From Wolbachia endosymbiont of Onchocerca ochengi (GTDB lineage: Bacteria > Pseudomonadota > Alphaproteobacteria > Rickettsiales > Anaplasmataceae), in assembly GCF_000306885.1 (NCBI RefSeq), contig NC_018267.1, positions 840,001 to 872,000 on the forward strand: a stretch of 32,000 bases of DNA. The letters run 5' to 3'. The notes below the pieces were generated by a model that ran no database searches, had not been told where the DNA came from, and saw only the letters and a list, made by a program, of their open reading frames with translations. Below are positions 30,682 to 32,000 of this stretch, one piece after another (within the stretch, counting starts at the first letter, position 1; every line of letters begins with the position of its first letter). The position numbers and the translations under genes were made by a program.

Positions 30682-32000
30682 CTACTTAAACATTTTTTTT
30701 AACTGATTAATTTCATCAGCAAAATTTGAGTCAGTCCTTATAAAATTTTCTATCTGTTTTACTGCATGTATAACAGTAGCATGGTCTCTACCACCAAAGC
30801 TCCTTCCAATATCTGGAAAACTTTTTTGTGTAAACTTTTTAGCAAAATACATAGCTACCTGCCTCGGCCTTACAAGAGCACGGAGTCTTCTATTAGAGTG
30901 CATATCTGCAACTTTTATATTAAAAAACTCAGCTATCTTTTTTTGTATTTCTGCTATTGTAATTGGCTTATGATTTGATCTAAGAAGATCTGCTAGAGTT
31001 TCACTGGCTGATTCTACTGTTATACTTCTTCCGATCAATGAAGTATGGACAACTTTATTTAAGGCTCCCTCTAATTCTCTTATATTAGATTTTATGTTTT
31101 TTGCTAGAAATTCTAGGACATCATCTGGAACGTATATATTCATTTGTTCCACCTTGATCTGCAATATACCAAGTCTTAATTCAAAAGTCGTTTCATTAAT
31201 ATCTGCTACCAACCCCCAACCAAGACGGGATTTTATTCTCTCCTCTACTCCGTCAAGATCACTAGGAGATCTATCAGCTGATATAACCAATTGCTTATTT
31301 TGGTCTATCAATGCATTAAAAGTATGAAAAAACTCTTCTTGCGTACTATCTTTACCACTAATAAACTGCACATCATCTACCATCAATACATCTACCGATC
31401 TAAATTGTTCTTTAAACAACATGATATCTTTACTCCTTAGTGCTGTAATATATTGGTACATGAATTTTTCCGCTGATAAATATACTACTTTTCTTTTTGC
31501 TGGAAGAGAATTGACTATGTACCAAGCTATAGCATGCATTAGGTGTGTTTTACCAAGCCCTACCCCGCCATATAGAAACAAAGGATTGCTACCTGATATT
31601 GGATCTATTATAGACTCTGCCACACGTTTCGCAGCTGTAAACGCTAGCTCATTTGGCTTTCCTACTACAAAGTTATCAAAAGTAAATCTCGGATCCAGTG
31701 GTGAACCAAGGCTATGATTATTACTCTCCTCCTTACTCTTTGCTATAGCATTAGAACTTAAATCCTTTTCCTCCCCGGTTACTCGAATATCAATAGAACG
31801 TATATTTTTATCCTCACTTTGCCATAAAGATAGTATCTTCTCCATATAATGAACTGTAATCCACTCCTTTATAAACCTTGTTGGTACAGATAACAAAACT
31901 TCTTCATTGCTACTACTGACAAATCTAAGTGAACTTAGCCAGCTGTTATATGTCGCCTTCCCATAAAGATTATAAAGACAATTCTGGATTTTTTCCCAAG
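30682..32000 (-). CDS. dnaA: Chromosomal replication initiator DnaA, partial, 5' end beyond right window edge
   Basis: Walker [38 protein letters not shown]-terminal [42 protein letters not shown]. Reading upstream of the track start continues in frame as [42 protein letters not shown], the DnaA N-terminal domain. Confidence 0.97.
   Translation of the reverse strand, partial: WEKIQNCLYNLYGKATYNSWLSSLRFVSSSNEEVLLSVPTRFIKEWITVHYMEKILSLWQSEDKNIRSIDIRVTGEEKDLSSNAIAKSKEESNNHSLGSPLDPRFTFDNFVVGKPNELAFTAAKRVAESIIDPISGSNPLFLYGGVGLGKTHLMHAIAWYIVNSLPAKRKVVYLSAEKFMYQYITALRSKDIMLFKEQFRSVDVLMVDDVQFISGKDSTQEEFFHTFNALIDQNKQLVISADRSPSDLDGVEERIKSRLGWGLVADINETTFELRLGILQIKVEQMNIYVPDDVLEFLAKNIKSNIRELEGALNKVVHTSLIGRSITVESASETLADLLRSNHKPITIAEIQKKIAEFFNIKVADMHSNRRLRALVRPRQVAMYFAKKFTQKSFPDIGRSFGGRDHATVIHAVKQIENFIRTDSNFADEINQLKKMFK

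Noticed and set aside
24693-31717. Track ORFs 24693-24902 (-), 25680-25904 (+), 28291-28566 (-), 28619-28804 (-), 29046-29249 (+), 30766-30978 (+), 31094-31327 (+), 31421-31717 (+)
   Set aside because: All nest in strongly supported genes (sucA, dsbA-like, ubiD, dnaA) in other frames or strands.
30682-32000. Chromosomal origin next to dnaA
   Set aside because: No cluster of DnaA boxes was identified here, and in Wolbachia the origin is not established to be adjacent to dnaA; the upstream side is outside the window.
1-32000. CRISPR arrays, rRNA, tmRNA, RNase P RNA, SRP RNA, transposases, prophage or toxin-antitoxin modules
   Set aside because: No regularly spaced repeats, no recognisable conserved core motifs for these RNAs, and no matching protein families seen; covariance-model searches would be needed to exclude divergent ncRNAs in the gaps.

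Overview
This 32 kb window looks like ordinary chromosomal DNA from an AT-rich member of the Anaplasmataceae, most likely Wolbachia (inferred from protein character and gene content). It is dominated by housekeeping genes: sucC (partial), rpsU, secB, a Tim44-like gene, dnaQ, a SCO1/SenC gene, gltA, rpsT, plsC, hda, a PerM/AI-2E-type permease, the lon-clpX-clpP-tig cluster, tRNA-Leu(UAG), a BON-domain gene, gshB, murG, lpdA, sucA, a DsbA-like gene, ubiD, a PLD-family gene, and dnaA (partial, running off the right edge). I found no CRISPR array, phage module, toxin-antitoxin locus, intact transposase or convincing novel multigene system. The clearest anomaly is a XerD-like tyrosine recombinase carrying at least three lesions (6606-7592). 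The next most interesting feature is a series of long gene-free gaps (about 9.76-10.35, 19.2-19.66, 21.05-22.27, 24.93-25.65 and 26.45-28.19 kb). They contain interrupted frames, short unannotated ORFs and one hairpin resembling a degenerate repeat. They are best read as decayed genes or untested ncRNA/small-protein candidates.
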